A stretch of DNA of 64,000 bases from an uncultured Acidimicrobiia bacterium (GTDB lineage: Bacteria > Actinomycetota > Acidimicrobiia > IMCC26256 > JAENVU01): the NCBI GenBank assembly GCA_963805415.1, contig CAWDUD010000005.1:434455-498454 (forward strand). The letters are read 5' to 3'. Each line of letters starts with the position of its first letter. The stretch's first letter is position 1. The notes under the pieces are model-generated. The model worked only from the letters and a program-made list of their open reading frames with translations. It did not search any database and was not told the DNA's origin. The translations under genes were made by a program, and so were the position numbers. Of the stretch, positions 63,101 to 64,000 are shown piece by piece.

Positions 63101-64000
63101 CAGAGTCGCCGGATTCGCGGCGATGTTGCTGGTGTTGCCGGCCGTTCAGGCGCAAACCCGGATCGATTCCTCGTTCCAGAAGTTCTGGTCGGCCGATTCC
63201 ACGGCTGCTGCCGCGCGGGCGGCCGAGATGTTGTGAAGAGCGGTGTCACTTCGACGACGCGCTGCGGCGGCTGAAGCAGGGCAGGACGTACGCGGCGCAA
63301 AAAGAGGGCGTGGTCGAGTTGAGCAATCGCACCGCGGACGGTGTCGAACATAACTACGCAGTCACGATTCCACCGGGATACGATCCGGCGAAGCGGTATC
63401 AGGTCCGGTTTCAACTTCACGGAGGCGTAGGCGGACGCACCGATAACAAGCCGCGCGGGAATGGCCAGATCGGGACACTTGCCGGTGAGGGCGCGGCGCC
63501 GAGCAGTTTTACGTGATTCCGTACGCCTGGAACGACGAACCCTGGTGGAGCGACGATCAGGTGCTGAACCTGCACGCGATTGTCGACGACTTGAAGCGGC
63601 GGTACAACATCGACGAGAACCGCGTGGTGGTGGCGGGGGTTTCCGATGGCGGCACCGGCGCATACTTCGTCGCGATGCGGGATACCACGCCGTATGCGAG
63701 CTTTCTGCCGCTGAACGGCTACATCATGGTGCTGGCGAACGGCGAGATCGATGACGGCCGTAACTTCCCCAACAATTTGCGCGACAAGCCGCTGTTTGTG
63801 GTGAACGGCGGCAAGGACCGCCTCTATCCGATTTCGATCGTCGAGCCGTTTACGCGCCACCTGATGAAGAACGGGGTGCAGATCGACTATCATCCGCAGC
63901 CCGACGGCGAGCACAACACCAAATGGTGGCCGGAGATCCAAGGTCCGTTCGAGAAATTCGTGGCGGATCACCCGCGCGATCCGGATCCGGACAAACTGAC
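63098..64000 (+). pseudogene. Secreted alpha/beta-hydrolase (esterase/peptidase S9-like), frameshifted, 3' end outside the window
   Basis: Signal-like RVAGFAAMLLVLPAVQAQ (ORF 63027..63236). YAVTIPPGYDPAKRYQVRFQLHGG (ORF 62677.. frame). NRVVVAGVSDGGTGAY (nucleophile elbow G-x-S-x-G) and FVVNGGKDRLYPI...DGEHN lie in the frame running to the window end. Confidence 0.6.

Overview
This 64-kb window is not one homogeneous locus. Positions 1 to about 34,580 are very GC-rich (my hand counts of single 60-nt lines gave 63-75% G+C, with GC3-saturated codons). They carry actinobacterial-type genes: amidohydrolases, two acyl-CoA ligases, and a Liv-type ABC importer with fused permease, an MFS-NBD-NBD fusion and two large paralogous binding proteins. 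They also carry Ku plus a stand-alone LigD polymerase domain, a MacB/FtsX-type ABC operon, and thiolase/DUF35 lipid genes. Positions about 34,600 to 64,000 are less GC-rich (spot counts about 60-70%, dipping to about 47%). They carry Acidobacteria-type genes: recX, argF-argG-argH-argR behind a tandem ARG-box operator, GT2/GT4 glycosyltransferases, queF, a duplicated TIGR03435 'Solibacter' domain protein, zwf-opcA-pgl, and a PEP-CTERM protein. The two parts meet at a sharp breakpoint near 34,575-34,600 that truncates a gene and has no mobile-element signature. I read this as a chimeric assembly or concatenated contigs rather than biology. A second global feature is that well over 30 conserved genes on both sides are broken by 1-nt indels, so homologous protein segments hop between frames. 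Neighbouring genes of 1.2-1.7 kb are perfectly intact. I found no rRNA, tRNA, CRISPR array, transposase, integrase, prophage genes or recognisable defence system, and I do not claim a convincing novel system. The leads most worth a second look are: (i) the MFS-LivF-LivG fusion inside the Liv-type transporter; (ii) a four-gene, ATGA-coupled MacB/FtsX-type ABC operon with an SGNH-fold lipoprotein that has lost its catalytic Ser and His, plus an HExxH metallohydrolase; (iii) an 89-nt four-hairpin REP/MITE-like element with 10-nt terminal inverted repeats beside a small PD-(D/E)xK-like ORF; and (iv) two lower-GC stretches (47.5-48.5 kb and 52.5-53.65 kb) with no convincing genes. All homology calls come from motif recognition by eye. 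No database search was run.
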